A stretch of DNA of 64,000 bases, taken from assembly GCA_965198225.1 (NCBI GenBank), contig CBDAOY010000008.1:320001-384000 (forward strand). The letters run 5' to 3'. The notes below the pieces were generated by a model. It was given only the letters and a program-made list of their open reading frames with translations, ran no database searches and had not been told where the DNA came from. Numbering within the stretch: the stretch's first letter is position 1; the number at the start of each line of letters is the position of its first letter. Source of the DNA: Terriglobia bacterium. GTDB lineage: Bacteria > Acidobacteriota > Terriglobia > 20CM-2-55-15. This document shows, in pieces, positions 32,610 through 43,200 of this stretch. The position numbers and the translations under genes were made by a program.

Positions 32610-33209
32610 TCACAACTCCCGCCTGCCCTCCAATGCGTGCGTCATCGTTACTGAATCCGCGTAATCCAGATCGCTTCCCACCGGAAGGCCCATCGCGATG
32701 CGCGTCACGCGGACACCCAGCGGCTTAATCAGCTTTGACAGGTAGAGCGCCGTCGTCTCCCCCTCCACGTTGGGGTTTGTCGCAATGATGATCTCTTCGA
32801 CGGTTCCGGACTGGAGCCGTTCGATCAACGACGACACCGCCAGCTGGTCGGGTCCGATACCTTTCAAAGGTGAGATCGCACCCAGCAGTATGTGGTAGCG
32901 CCCGTTGAACTCATGTGTGCTTTCGATCGGGATTATGTTGTGGGATTCTTCGACGATGCAGAGAACTCGATCGTTCCGGTTGGGATGGGTGCAGAAATGG
33001 CAGGGATCGATGTCGGTGAGGTTGTTACATGTCGAGCACCGGCGGATCTTCTCTTTGACGTCCCGGATGGACTCGGCGAACTGCTCGGCCTCAGGTGTTT
33101 CCATCTTGAGGATGTGGAACGCCATCCTCTGAGCGGACTTGGTGCCGATCCCGGGCAGCTTCTTGAAGTTTTCGATCAGCCGCGTAACGGGCTCGGCCAC
33201 ATCTCCCAT
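32610..33209 (-). CDS. recR: Recombination mediator RecR
   Basis: LPGIGTKSAQR, C4 zinc finger, ATNPNVEGETTA, GLPVGSDLDYAD. Confidence 0.98.
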   Translation of the reverse strand: MGDVAEPVTRLIENFKKLPGIGTKSAQRMAFHILKMETPEAEQFAESIRDVKEKIRRCSTCNNLTDIDPCHFCTHPNRNDRVLCIVEESHNIIPIESTHEFNGRYHILLGAISPLKGIGPDQLAVSSLIERLQSGTVEEIIIATNPNVEGETTALYLSKLIKPLGVRVTRIAMGLPVGSDLDYADSVTMTHALEGRREL

Positions 33210-33511
33210 CAGAAAAGACCAGGGATCTTTAGACCGGACGCCAGACTGCCGAGTTGGGTGTTCATCGCCTCATCGACGCGACGGGCCGCTTCGTTCACGG
33301 CCGCGACGATAAGATCCTGCAGCATCTCGCGGTCGTCGCCGGCGAGGACTTCCGGGTCGATGTCGATCGAGAGGAGCTGCTTGTTCCCGTTCATTTTGAC
33401 CGACACCATCTCGCCGCCCGCGCTGGCCTCGACTACTGTCTGCTCGAGTTGTTTCTGCAGCTGCTCCTGCATCTTCTGAGCCTGCTGCATCATCTGCTGC
33501 ATATTCTTCAT
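33209..33511 (-). CDS. ybaB: YbaB/EbfC nucleoid-associated protein
   Basis: MMQQAQKMQ, EASAGG, EMLQDLIVAAVNEA; between dnaX and recR. Confidence 0.96.
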   Translation of the reverse strand: MKNMQQMMQQAQKMQEQLQKQLEQTVVEASAGGEMVSVKMNGNKQLLSIDIDPEVLAGDDREMLQDLIVAAVNEAARRVDEAMNTQLGSLASGLKIPGLF

Positions 33512-33524
33512 TCGAGTCTGCTCC

Positions 33525-35252
33525 CTATTCTTCCGAAGGATCCTTCGCGCTCTTGACCTGGGCAATCTCGCCCCGGAACACGTCCAGGAAGCTTTGCACC
33601 AGGGTTTCGCTTTCAGCGGAGCTGCGAAGCGCGGCGTCGGCGCTCGTTTCTTCTGCGTGATTGGAAACCTGCTCCATTATAAGAGATACCGAAATGGCTT
33701 TACCAAGCAGTTCGCCGGCAGCGCGCTCGAGGACCTGCCTGCGTTCCTTGGTCTCGAGAGCCTTCTTGACCGTTTGGGTCGAGACCTTGATCTCCAGTCG
33801 AGGGCCGGCTTGATGGATCGACTTGACGCGCTCGAGGTACAGCGAAGTCTTTTCCGATTCTTCCCGAACCTTGTTCCGAAAGCGTGCTTCAAATCCGACA
33901 TCGTGCTCTTCGGTGCGTTTTTCCTCCGACGGTGACAGAGCCGGACCCGTGCTTGGTTTCTCAGGGGAGGCGCCAGGGGGCGGGCTGGCCGGCGGCTCTT
34001 CTCTTCCGGCCGCCGGTCCCGGTGTCTGCAGGCTCAGCCTGGCAGGTTCGCTCTCGGTGTTCACCGGTCTTGCAGGTCGGGAAGGTTTCGGCTTGCTGAC
34101 AGGCGGCGGATCCGCGCCGGCTTCGGGGCCGGATTTCAATTCGCGGATGACCTCTTCGATATCGCGCAGGTGGCCGACCTTTGCAAGCTTGATACAGCCC
34201 ACTTCCAGATGAAATCTGGGCTCCGAGGCCCAGCGAAGGTCGTTCTCGAGGCGCAGCAGCATGTCGAAGAAGCGCACCAGATCCTGTTCCGAGAAACTCT
34301 CGGCCTGGGTCACGATCCGGCTTCGTTCGTCGGGAGCCGCCAGAATCTTTTCGGTGATGTTCAGCTTTGCGAGCAACAGATCGCGAACCCTGGCCAGGAA
34401 CTCCCGGACGAACTGCTGAAGGTTGAGCCCCTGATCGACCACGATTTCCACGACATCCAGGAGCGTCTTCGAGTCACGGGCGATCAACGCTTCGGTGGTG
34501 CGGTCGAGAATGTCGGCCGGGATAAAGCCCAGAACGTCCCGAACATCGTCGTCGGCGATCTCCTGACCCCCGAATGCGATGATTTGATCCAGCAGCGACT
34601 GCGCGTCACGCATGCTGCCCTCGGCTGCCTTGACCACATACTCGAGCGCGCCTTCGCCGACCTCGATGCTTTCCCGTTGGGCGATCTTCTTCAGGTGCTC
34701 GAGGATTTCGCTGGGAGGGATTGTCCTGAAGACGAATTGCTGGCAGCGTGACAGGATCGTCGCTGGCAGCTTGTGCCGTTCGGTCGTCGCCATGATGAAG
34801 GCGACGTGCGGCGGCGGCTCCTCGAGGATCTTCAGCAGGGCGTTGAACGCGGATGTCGACAGCATATGGACTTCATCGACGATGAAAATCTTGTTGCGAT
34901 CACGGGACGGCGCGTAGCGCGCGTTTTCTCGTAGCTCTCGGATGGAATCTACTCCCGTGTTCGAGGCCGCATCGATCTCGAGGACGTCAATCGAGCGGCC
35001 GGCCGAGATCTCCTGACAGGAAGGGCACTTATTGCATGGTTCAGCAGTCGGTCCCTCAACACAATTCAGAGCTTTGGCGAGCAGGCGTGCTGTCGTTGTC
35101 TTGCCGACACCGCGCGGACCGCAGAACAGGTAGGCATGGCCGATCCGGTCCATGTGGATCGCGTTGCGCAGCGTCTGTACGATGGGACCCTGCCCCACCA
35201 CGTCCTCGAAGACCTGCGGTCGAAACTTGCGCGCGATGACCTGGTATTTCAT
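33525..35252 (-). CDS. dnaX: DNA polymerase III subunit gamma/tau
   Basis: ARKFRPQ, GPRGVGKTT, EIDAASN, DEVHMLS, TILSRCQ. Confidence 0.98.
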   Translation of the reverse strand: MKYQVIARKFRPQVFEDVVGQGPIVQTLRNAIHMDRIGHAYLFCGPRGVGKTTTARLLAKALNCVEGPTAEPCNKCPSCQEISAGRSIDVLEIDAASNTGVDSIRELRENARYAPSRDRNKIFIVDEVHMLSTSAFNALLKILEEPPPHVAFIMATTERHKLPATILSRCQQFVFRTIPPSEILEHLKKIAQRESIEVGEGALEYVVKAAEGSMRDAQSLLDQIIAFGGQEIADDDVRDVLGFIPADILDRTTEALIARDSKTLLDVVEIVVDQGLNLQQFVREFLARVRDLLLAKLNITEKILAAPDERSRIVTQAESFSEQDLVRFFDMLLRLENDLRWASEPRFHLEVGCIKLAKVGHLRDIEEVIRELKSGPEAGADPPPVSKPKPSRPARPVNTESEPARLSLQTPGPAAGREEPPASPPPGASPEKPSTGPALSPSEEKRTEEHDVGFEARFRNKVREESEKTSLYLERVKSIHQAGPRLEIKVSTQTVKKALETKERRQVLERAAGELLGKAISVSLIMEQVSNHAEETSADAALRSSAESETLVQSFLDVFRGEIAQVKSAKDPSEE

Positions 35253-35308
35253 CGGGTTGGATTGATCCTTGCTTCGAGAGCGGCCGAGCGAAAATCGTGC
35301 GAGGAGGT

Positions 35309-35413
35309 CAGGCCCGGGGGATACTGTGTCACATCGGGTAACCCACTACCGTTGCTTCCTTCCGGACCTGGCGGGGTTCGCGGGCGCCGATTGCACAGCC
35401 CCCCTAAAGCCTG
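35309..35413 (-). ncRNA. ffs: Signal recognition particle RNA (small, 4.5S)
   Basis: Minus strand has CCAGGTCCGGAAGGAAGCAACGG domain IV motif within a long hairpin; upstream of dnaX. Confidence 0.95.
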
Positions 35414-35452
35414 ATAACCCTTTCTCGTGATTCGGTTTCCGAATCCAGAAAG

Positions 35453-35539
35453 CGGAGAGAGTGGGATTCGAACCCACGGTGAGGTTACCCCCACACACGC
35501 TTTCCAAGCGTGCTCCTTCGACCACTCGGACATCTCTCC
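35453..35539 (-). tRNA. tRNA-Ser(GGA); CCA not encoded
   Basis: GGAGAGATGTCCGAGTGGTCGAAGGAGCACGCTTGGAAAGCGTG...long variable arm...GGTTCGAATCCCACTCTCTCCG. Confidence 0.97.
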
Positions 35540-35745
35540 GGAGCCGCTCGAGACGGTCGCATCGATTGTAAGCCGCGGATCGGTGGACCGCAACCCTGCC
35601 GGGCAGCCCACATGGACGTCAGACCGCGCCACTGTTTGCCGTTTTCAGCTCGAACACATCGCGGACCCCAGCCACCGGACGGGCAGATGCGCGGCCAGAG
35701 CCCCTGGGCAGCTGACTATTGCCTACTGACTGCGGACTACTTCCC

Positions 35746-38700
35746 TCAGTATTTCTTCAGTTTCGGCTTCTTCGGACTCTTCCTGAGAATCTTCCGAATC
35801 TCTGCCAACGCCCGTTCCATCTGGCGATCGTGCCCGGCCGCATGATCCTGCGGCCGGCTGTCGATCTCGATGTCCGGGTCGGTTCCGTAGTTCTCGACAC
35901 CGTAGCCCACGTCTTCAAACCAGTAGGCATATTCCGGCTGCGTCGTGATAGTCCCGTCGACCAGGCCCGCCTGCGGCCAGATCCCGACGACGCCTCCCCA
36001 TGTTCTCTTGCCGATCAGGGGACCCAGTCCGAACAGCTTGAAGGCGTGGCAGAAGATATCGCCGTCCGACCCCGCGTACTCGTTCGTCAACGCCACCATC
36101 GGGCCCATCGGCGAGGCCTCTGGATAGGGTGTCGGCTCCGCCCAACGGCTGACGTCGTAACCGATGCGGCGCCGCAAGAGCTTCTCCAGGAGGAGTTGCG
36201 AGACGTGTCCCCCGCGGTTGAAGCGGACGTCGATGATCAGGCCGTCGCGAACCGATTCCTGACCGTAATACCGATGGAATTCCGAGTAGCCAACGGGTCC
36301 CATGTCCGGGATGTGGACATAACCGACGCGGCCATCGGTTTCGGCGTGGACGTGGCCGCGATTGCTCTCCACCCAATCCCGGTAGCGGAGCGATGTTTCC
36401 TCGACAAGCGTTTTGACCGTCACCGTGCGGGCGTCGGACGATGTCGCCCGGCTACCGCGCGATGTCGCCCGGCGGCCGCGATTGCGCACCGTCAGTTGGA
36501 CTGCCTTGCCCGCCAGATGGACCAGGCGCTCGTAGGGCGACGTGTCCGACCCCACGTCTGCGCCGCCGACGGCGACAATCTCGTCGCCGGCGTGCAGACT
36601 GAGTCCGGGCGCCGCCAGCGGAGATGCATACTGGCTGTCCCAGGAATCGCCTCGAGGTATCCTTCCGATGCGCCACCGCTTCGTCCGCCTGTTGTATTCG
36701 AGATCGGCGCCGAGAAAGCCCTGGCTCCAGTTGGGTCTCGGACGGTAGTCTCCTCCCATTTCGTAACAGTGGGAGGTTCCCAGTTCGCCCTGCAGTTCCC
36801 ACAGCAGGTCGGAGAACTCGGCCCGGCTACCGACGCGTCCCAGCACGGGAAGGTAACGTTCATAGACTTCCTCCCAGTCGACGCCGGACATGTCGGCTCT
36901 CCAGAACTGCTCGCGCTGCAGACGCCACGCCTCTCCGTACATCTGCCTCCACTCATCGGTCGGGATCACCTCTGCGCGAATGCGATCCAGGTCCACCCAA
37001 CCGGTCTCACGGGTGTATTCGTCCTTGTTCTTTTCGGGATCCTCCTTGTAGGCGGCCGGCAACGCCCGCAGGTTGGTCCCTGACCGGACGCCCATGACCT
37101 TGCGGTCCAGCGACAGGGAAAAGCTCGTCACCTTGTCCGATACCCGTCCGGACTTGTTTGCCTCGAAGTCCCAGAACTCCAGGATGCCGCTTGCGACCGG
37201 TTCGCTGTCGTCTTCCTCATGGAGGCTCCCTTCGGACGGGTACCTGCAAAAGAGAACTCGTCCGAAGGCTCCGAGGACTCCGCCGTAGCGTGACTCCGGT
37301 ACCGGAAACGCGACGACACGGTCCTCGATCCCTTCCAAATCGATCCGAAAAGAGGGTTGTTCGTCCGAACCGTTCCCACCTTTGTCCGCATCTCCGGGCG
37401 GTCCTCCCGGTGGTTTCGGTTTCCGTGTGGCCATCGAGAACGGAGACACGATGTCGTTACCGAGGGTGAGCAGGTAAGGACGAGAGCCTTTGGGGAACCC
37501 GAGGTCGAAGTAGTGGCTATCGTAGACTGGGTTGAAGACTCTCCACGAGATGAAATAGAGGTATTTGCCGTCGGGGTCGAAGCTCGGTCCGACATCGAAG
37601 AAGTCCGGTCCCGTGAGCGTCGTGATCTTGCCCGACTCTATCTCGTACAGGCGAATGCTGCTGGATCGTTCAGAGGCCGAGTGCCCGAAAGCGATCCAGC
37701 GGGAATCGGGCGACCAATCGACTCCAGCGATCCTGTGGTGCGGGCTTCTGTCGACAACGTTCGAGTCGCCCTTCGTCAGGTTGACAAGGATGAGCTCGTG
37801 ACGGTTGTTGGTCAGCACGACCAGGTCGGGTGCAGCCTTCTGCTTTTTCTTGGATTTCTTCTTGTCCTTCTTCTTGCCGTCTGCTGCGGAGTCGTCCGAA
37901 TCCGGCTTCTCCAGCGCGTTGCCCGGGGCGACGTACAGTCCGGAGACGCGGCCGAAGTCTCCACGGATCCGCTTCGGCTCGCCGGCCGAACCTCGAGAAA
38001 AGACGATCAGGTGTTCATCCCTGCCCTCATCGGTCACAGCGACGATTCGATCGCCGTCGGGCAGCCACCTCCCCAGGCGATACCGCACGCTCGACACTTT
38101 CCCGAGCCTCAGCGGGGCTTCCTCCCAGAGCCCCATCGCGAACAATCCGCCACGATGAACGGATGCCACGGTGTGACCGTTCGGATGCAGGTCGAACGAT
38201 TCGAGGTAGCGGGACGCGGAGACGAATTTGCGGTTCCGTTGGCTGCGACTGCTGTGAATTCGGACTTCGATCTTTCTGGCCGCATCATACTGGGGGTCGA
38301 AAACATAGATGTCCGCCCCGGAGTGATAGACGATTCGTCTTCCGTCGGTCGACGGAAAGCGGACGTAGAAGTCGGCATGATGGGTGTGCTGTTTTAGACC
38401 CCGTCCGGTCGGTGTGCACGAATACAGGTTGCCGTGGCCCTCATGATCCGAGAGAAAATAGATGCGGGACCCGATCCACATCGGGCTGGCAAGATTCCCT
38501 TCCACTCGGATGAGCGGAGAAAACCGTCCGGCGCCGGCGCGGTCGATCCACAGCGTGCCAGCCGTTCCTCCCCGGTAGCGCTTCCAGCGGGCAGGATCTC
38601 CAGAGTTTCTCCCGATTACCAGGCCTTCCGAACCCGGGGCGAAAGACGCAGCTCGCGCCGGACCGCAGGGCAGGGACTCAGGGGGTGTCCCCGTCTCGGA

Positions 38701-39060
38701 GACCGAGATCAGGTGCATGTTCCCGGCGAAGGGCTGACGCCAGTCCGTGGACGCCATGATCCGGCCCCCTGGCGCCCAGCCGACGACCTGTGTGTGTGAG
38801 CCGAGCCATGTCAGGCGCCTCGGACTACCACCGTCTGCGGCCATGACATAGACCTCGGTCGGTCCATCGTCTCTTCCGGTAAAGGCTACGGATTCGCCAT
38901 CCGGGGAGAACGCGGGAAAAGAGGCAACGCCCGGATTCGCCGTCAGGCGTCGAGCGGTGCCGCCGTCGGCGGACACTCTCCAGAGATCGTCTTCGCAGAC
39001 GAAGACGACGTCGTCGCCCGCGATCGTTGGGTGCCGATAGTAGCCGAGTTCCGAAGACAT
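35746..39060 (-). CDS. Tricorn protease (S41B)
   Basis: N-terminal propellers (FVCEDDLW, WKRYRGGTAG), PDZ domain, GYVHIPDM, DVRFNRGG, AGSDGD catalytic Ser, GKRTWGG; no signal peptide. Confidence 0.95.
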   Translation of the reverse strand: MSSELGYYRHPTIAGDDVVFVCEDDLWRVSADGGTARRLTANPGVASFPAFSPDGESVAFTGRDDGPTEVYVMAADGGSPRRLTWLGSHTQVVGWAPGGRIMASTDWRQPFAGNMHLISVSETGTPPESLPCGPARAASFAPGSEGLVIGRNSGDPARWKRYRGGTAGTLWIDRAGAGRFSPLIRVEGNLASPMWIGSRIYFLSDHEGHGNLYSCTPTGRGLKQHTHHADFYVRFPSTDGRRIVYHSGADIYVFDPQYDAARKIEVRIHSSRSQRNRKFVSASRYLESFDLHPNGHTVASVHRGGLFAMGLWEEAPLRLGKVSSVRYRLGRWLPDGDRIVAVTDEGRDEHLIVFSRGSAGEPKRIRGDFGRVSGLYVAPGNALEKPDSDDSAADGKKKDKKKSKKKQKAAPDLVVLTNNRHELILVNLTKGDSNVVDRSPHHRIAGVDWSPDSRWIAFGHSASERSSSIRLYEIESGKITTLTGPDFFDVGPSFDPDGKYLYFISWRVFNPVYDSHYFDLGFPKGSRPYLLTLGNDIVSPFSMATRKPKPPGGPPGDADKGGNGSDEQPSFRIDLEGIEDRVVAFPVPESRYGGVLGAFGRVLFCRYPSEGSLHEEDDSEPVASGILEFWDFEANKSGRVSDKVTSFSLSLDRKVMGVRSGTNLRALPAAYKEDPEKNKDEYTRETGWVDLDRIRAEVIPTDEWRQMYGEAWRLQREQFWRADMSGVDWEEVYERYLPVLGRVGSRAEFSDLLWELQGELGTSHCYEMGGDYRPRPNWSQGFLGADLEYNRRTKRWRIGRIPRGDSWDSQYASPLAAPGLSLHAGDEIVAVGGADVGSDTSPYERLVHLAGKAVQLTVRNRGRRATSRGSRATSSDARTVTVKTLVEETSLRYRDWVESNRGHVHAETDGRVGYVHIPDMGPVGYSEFHRYYGQESVRDGLIIDVRFNRGGHVSQLLLEKLLRRRIGYDVSRWAEPTPYPEASPMGPMVALTNEYAGSDGDIFCHAFKLFGLGPLIGKRTWGGVVGIWPQAGLVDGTITTQPEYAYWFEDVGYGVENYGTDPDIEIDSRPQDHAAGHDRQMERALAEIRKILRKSPKKPKLKKY

Positions 39061-39208
39061 GAATATCCCCTTGTCGTTTTGCCTCGATCCGGTTTATTGG
39101 CCGCTATCTCGCGGTAAAGGACGGTCCCGCGAGCGCTCAAGCGGCTCAGAGGAAACCGTTATGATAACGCTAGAGCCGGGCGGCTGACTAGAGGCTCTCC
39201 ACGGGCTG

Positions 39209-39574
39209 CTATACCCGCCTGATGGCTGGCGGCCCCGAGGTCCGGTCGGCGAGGATGCTGCGCAGTTGGGAGACCAGGTCCCGTAGATCGATGCCGCGAG
39301 ACGACGTGCCGTAGGGTTCGAGCTTCGCAAGTGCCTTGCGGAGTTGGGAATATCCCCCGCGGGAATTCCCCTTTTCGAGGTGGTGGAGGCCGACGGCGGC
39401 GTGGATCAGCCCCTGGTAGAGAAGGCGGCTCTCATCGGCGGTGTCTCGCCAGAGATCTTCCCAGGCCTCGTGGGCTTCGAAGTAGTGTCCGGAATTAAAT
39501 GCCCCTTCGCGGGACAACTTGATTCCTGGAAAAACAGGCCTTCCGTGTGCAGGCCGGGCCGATGGATCAAGCAT
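39209..39574 (-). CDS. DUF309 family protein; start uncertain
   Basis: FNSGHYFEAHEAWEDLW, YQGLIHAAVGLHH..GN..G. Confidence 0.8.
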   Translation of the reverse strand: MLDPSARPAHGRPVFPGIKLSREGAFNSGHYFEAHEAWEDLWRDTADESRLLYQGLIHAAVGLHHLEKGNSRGGYSQLRKALAKLEPYGTSSRGIDLRDLVSQLRSILADRTSGPPAIRRV

Positions 39575-39601
39575 GCTCACCGAATCCGTCACCACGCTTG
39601 G

Positions 39602-39748
39602 CAAGAAGTCGAAGCCGACACTAAAGGCGCTGGAAGAACTCCCAGGACCACTTGGACGAGCCGCAGGCGATACTGGCCGATAACGGTTACCAAAGTCCGG
39701 GCCTGCGAGGCGGCGGGCGTGACGCCGTACATAGCGATGGGACGCGAG
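39602..39748 (+). pseudogene. Frameshifted transposase remnant, probably IS1182 family
   Basis: Across small frameshifts reads QEVE/PTLKALEELPGPLGR/PQAILADNGY/KVRACEAAGVTPYIAMGRE (ADxGY DDE motif). Confidence 0.65.
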
Positions 39749-40210
39749 CCATCATCTGACGGGTGGAACCTCGCCTGGGGCGCCCGATGCGGGTTCGATG
39801 GCGCAGTCGAGTGGCCGGGTCCCAAACGCAAGTCCGTCGAACGACGTGGTATTCGGCTTCCAAGTGTTGGGAAGTTTACCTCCGGGGACTTTTCGACGGG
39901 GTCCGGAGATGGACGCTTCAGCATGGCCTGGAAAAAAAATATTCCCTGTTCGAGGAGGTCGTCCATGCCGATCAGCTCGTGTAACGTCCATTCTAAAGGG
40001 CCTAGGATACGAATTTGTTCGAAGGACAAACCTTACATCATAGCGGTCCTGACAAACCGGAAACAAGGCTTTTCGGCCAGCTCCTCTCCATGCAATTTCT
40101 TCGCTTGAAAAACCTGTGCCCAGTACCCAATCTTAGAGTATCGAGGTCTGCGCCTTGTCAGGGATCGTTTCCCGACCGGGCCTACTTTTTTGTATTCCCA
40201 GGGAGGGATC

Positions 40211-40891
40211 ATGAGACCAATAGCATTTTGCGACCGGTGTCGCGGGATCGAGGTCGGCTGGAACAGGAAGTACCTGACGCATGGCTTGGTTTGTGGCGGT
40301 GGACTTTCCAAGTCATTGAGAATACTGATATATACAGCAGCTACTGCATTATTCATCTCCACATTTCCGACCTCCACCGCCGTCGTTCATTCCGATCAGA
40401 CAGACGCCAACATCGAACAGCCGATCGTGTCCGTCGCAGGTAGCGACTTCGTTGCCATTTCCGACCCAGCGGTGGAGGCGATCGAAGAACACCTCCGCCG
40501 GCACGCCCGTGTCAGTCAGACCGAGAGATCCCGGATCGCGCAGGCCGTGGTGACCAGCGCCAGAAAACACGACGTCGATCCTTTTCTTGTTGCGAGCGTC
40601 CTGGTGGTTGAGAGCAGCGCCAACCCGTTTGCCATATCGGGCAAAGACGCCGTAGGCATCATGCAGATACACGTCCCCACGTGGGGCACTCTCGTCGAGT
40701 CGGAGCAGATCAACCTGTTCCGAGTCGAGGACAACGTCGATCTGGGTACCCGTATCCTGAAGGATTACATTTCCCGCCATGGACTGTGGACCGGGTTGAC
40801 GCGTTACCTGGGAGCCTCCGGACCGACCGAAGAAGCTCAGGACTACATCGGGCGGATCCAGCGTCTGTACAGCGATAGGCAGGCGGATTGA
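40211..40891 (+). CDS. Lytic transglycosylase (SLT domain) protein
   Basis: GGAGG RBS; TM segment; VDPFLVASVLVVESS, AVGIMQI, NVDLGTRIL. Confidence 0.88.
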   Translation: MRPIAFCDRCRGIEVGWNRKYLTHGLVCGGGLSKSLRILIYTAATALFISTFPTSTAVVHSDQTDANIEQPIVSVAGSDFVAISDPAVEAIEEHLRRHARVSQTERSRIAQAVVTSARKHDVDPFLVASVLVVESSANPFAISGKDAVGIMQIHVPTWGTLVESEQINLFRVEDNVDLGTRILKDYISRHGLWTGLTRYLGASGPTEEAQDYIGRIQRLYSDRQAD

Positions 40892-40893
40892 GA

Positions 40894-41096
40894 GAGTAGT
40901 CAGTTGCCAGTAGTCAGTTAAGGGGAGCGATCCGAAGTACTTACGCCTCATTCGCCACACCGTCACCGCGTGGTGAAGGACCGGCTCGGGGCCACGGAGT
41001 CCCTGCTCACCACAGACCGCTTCCGACTCGTCACTTGTCAGTCGTCACTTCTTCAAAGGGTTTCCGACAACTGACAAACTGACTACTGACTACTAT
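40894..41096. repeat. Heptamer-armed palindrome, family B (AGTAGTC ... GACTACT)
   Basis: agtagtc agttgcc agtagtc agtt ... aactgac tactgac tact. Confidence 0.8.
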
Positions 41097-41174
41097 CCTT
41101 CCCCCCATCCCCCTCCCAAATCAAACGTTTAGCCCTACTGTACGTCCAAGTTTACATGCTTACTATCAGAATCA

Positions 41175-41204
41175 TTTGACATTGATTGACTCAGATTCTA
41201 TACT
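41175..41204 (+). promoter_or_regulatory. dnaK sigma70 promoter overlapped by a HAIR-like (HspR) site
   Basis: TTGACA(41176)-17 nt-TATACT(41199); TTTGACA-N7-ACTCAGA versus consensus CTTGAGT-N7-ACTCAAG. Confidence 0.72.
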
Positions 41205-41276
41205 TCGCCTGTCATCATTGGGATCGGTTTCTTTGATCCGTGCAGTTTCTTGAGACGAGTAGAGAGGAGTTTTTAG

Positions 41277-43193
41277 ATGAGCAAAATTGTTGGAATCGAC
41301 CTCGGGACCACGAACTCCGTCGTCGCCGTGATGGAAGGCGGGGAGCCCGTCGTAATCGCCAACCAGGAAGGCGGTCGGACCACGCCGTCGGTCGTCGCGT
41401 TTGCCAAGGACGAACGTCTCGTCGGCCAGGTGGCAAAGCGCCAGGCAGTGACGAACGCCGACAACACTATTTATTCAATAAAGCGGTTCATGGGCAGGCG
41501 TCGTGACGAAGTCAACGAAGAGATGACGATGGTTCCGTACCAAGTCGTCGACGCGAAGACTGACGTCCGGATCGAAGCCGGAGGAAAGCAGTATTCACCG
41601 CCGGAGATCGCGGCCATGATCCTGCAGAAACTGAAGTCCGCTGCCGAGGATTACCTCGGACAGAGTGTGGCTCAAGCGGTGATCACGGTACCCGCCTACT
41701 TCAACGATTCCCAGCGCCAGGCGACGAAAGACGCGGGCAAGATCGCCGGTTTGGAAGTGCTGCGCATCATCAACGAGCCAACGGCAGCTGCGCTGGCATA
41801 CGGGCTGGACAAGAAGAGCGATGAGACGATCGCTGTTTATGACTTCGGTGGCGGCACGTTTGACATATCAATCCTCGAAGTCGGTGAGGGAGTCGTCGAA
41901 GTCAAGGCGACCAACGGTGACACCCATCTGGGAGGCGATAACATCGACCAGGTCATCATCGACTGGCTGATCGTGGAGTTCAAGAAGGACCAGGGAATCG
42001 ACCTCTCGGCCGACAAGATGGCCCTGCAGCGACTCAAGGAGGCCGCCGAGAAAGCCAAGTGCGAGCTGTCGACCACGCAGGAGACTGAGATCACGCTGCC
42101 GTTCGTCACCGCCGACGCGGCAGGTCCGAAGCACTTAAACCAGAAGCTGTCCCGCGCGAAGCTCGAGTCCCTGATCGAAGATCTGCTCCAGCGCACCGTC
42201 ACTCCGTGCAAGCAGGCCTTGAAGGATGCCGGACTCAACCCGAGCGACATCGACGAGGTCGTTCTGGTCGGAGGCTCGACGCGGATTCCACGGGTTCAGA
42301 GCATCGTCAGCGAGCTCTTCGGCCGCGAGCCCCACAAGGGCGTGAACCCCGATGAAGTCGTCTCGGTCGGCGCCGCGATCCAGGCGGGCGTGCTGGGCGG
42401 CGAAGTCAAAGACGTGCTGCTCCTCGACGTGACGCCGCTGTCGCTGGGAATCGAAACGCTTGGTGGTGTCTTTACGAAGCTGATTGAGCGCAATACGACC
42501 ATCCCGACACGGAAGAGCGAGATCTTTTCAACCGCGGCAGACAGCCAGACCTCCGTCGAGATCCACGTCCTTCAGGGCGAGCGACCGATGGCCAAGGACA
42601 ACCGAACGCTGGGCCGGTTCCATCTGGTAGGAATCCCACCGGCTCCCCGGGGGGTGCCTCAGATCGAAGTGACTTTCGATATCGATGCCAACGGAATCGT
42701 GAACGTCTCTGCCAAGGACATGGGGACCGGAAAGGAGCAGAAGATCACGATCACCTCCTCGAGCGGTCTGGGCCAGGACGATATCGACAAAATGGTCAAG
42801 GAAGCCGAAGCCCACGCTGAGGACGACAAGCAGAAGAGCCAGGAGATCGAAACCCGGAACCGGGCCGATTCTCTCGTCTACCAGACCGAGAAGTTGATCT
42901 CGGAGAACAAGGACAAGCTGGCCGAAAGTGACGTGAAGACCGTGGAAGCGGCGATCGCCGACTGCAAGAAGGCGTTGGAGGAAGGGGATACCGCGCGCAT
43001 CGCCAGTGCGACCGACGCCCTGACACAAGCCTCACACAAGATCGCCGAGGCACTGTACGGTCAGGCCAGCGCCGCGTCCGCCGACGGTGCCTCGGGCGGC
43101 GACGCCGGGCCCGGCGGGGGCGGCGAGAAGGCCGACGACGACGTGATCGATGCCGAATACGTCGACGTCGACGATCAGAAGAAGGAGCAATAA
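41277..43193 (+). CDS. dnaK: Chaperone DnaK
   Basis: [36 protein letters not shown]. Confidence 0.99.
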   Translation: MSKIVGIDLGTTNSVVAVMEGGEPVVIANQEGGRTTPSVVAFAKDERLVGQVAKRQAVTNADNTIYSIKRFMGRRRDEVNEEMTMVPYQVVDAKTDVRIEAGGKQYSPPEIAAMILQKLKSAAEDYLGQSVAQAVITVPAYFNDSQRQATKDAGKIAGLEVLRIINEPTAAALAYGLDKKSDETIAVYDFGGGTFDISILEVGEGVVEVKATNGDTHLGGDNIDQVIIDWLIVEFKKDQGIDLSADKMALQRLKEAAEKAKCELSTTQETEITLPFVTADAAGPKHLNQKLSRAKLESLIEDLLQRTVTPCKQALKDAGLNPSDIDEVVLVGGSTRIPRVQSIVSELFGREPHKGVNPDEVVSVGAAIQAGVLGGEVKDVLLLDVTPLSLGIETLGGVFTKLIERNTTIPTRKSEIFSTAADSQTSVEIHVLQGERPMAKDNRTLGRFHLVGIPPAPRGVPQIEVTFDIDANGIVNVSAKDMGTGKEQKITITSSSGLGQDDIDKMVKEAEAHAEDDKQKSQEIETRNRADSLVYQTEKLISENKDKLAESDVKTVEAAIADCKKALEEGDTARIASATDALTQASHKIAEALYGQASAASADGASGGDAGPGGGGEKADDDVIDAEYVDVDDQKKEQ

Positions 43194-43200
43194 GCCGGGG

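Noticed and set aside
35453-35539. tRNA-Ser as integration site of an island
   Set aside because: Followed directly by ffs-dnaX in conserved order; no integrase or duplicated tRNA 3' end seen
39900-40200. c-di-AMP or c-di-GMP riboswitch upstream of the transglycosylase
   Set aside because: Consensus motifs not recognisable by eye; kept only as a possible attenuator
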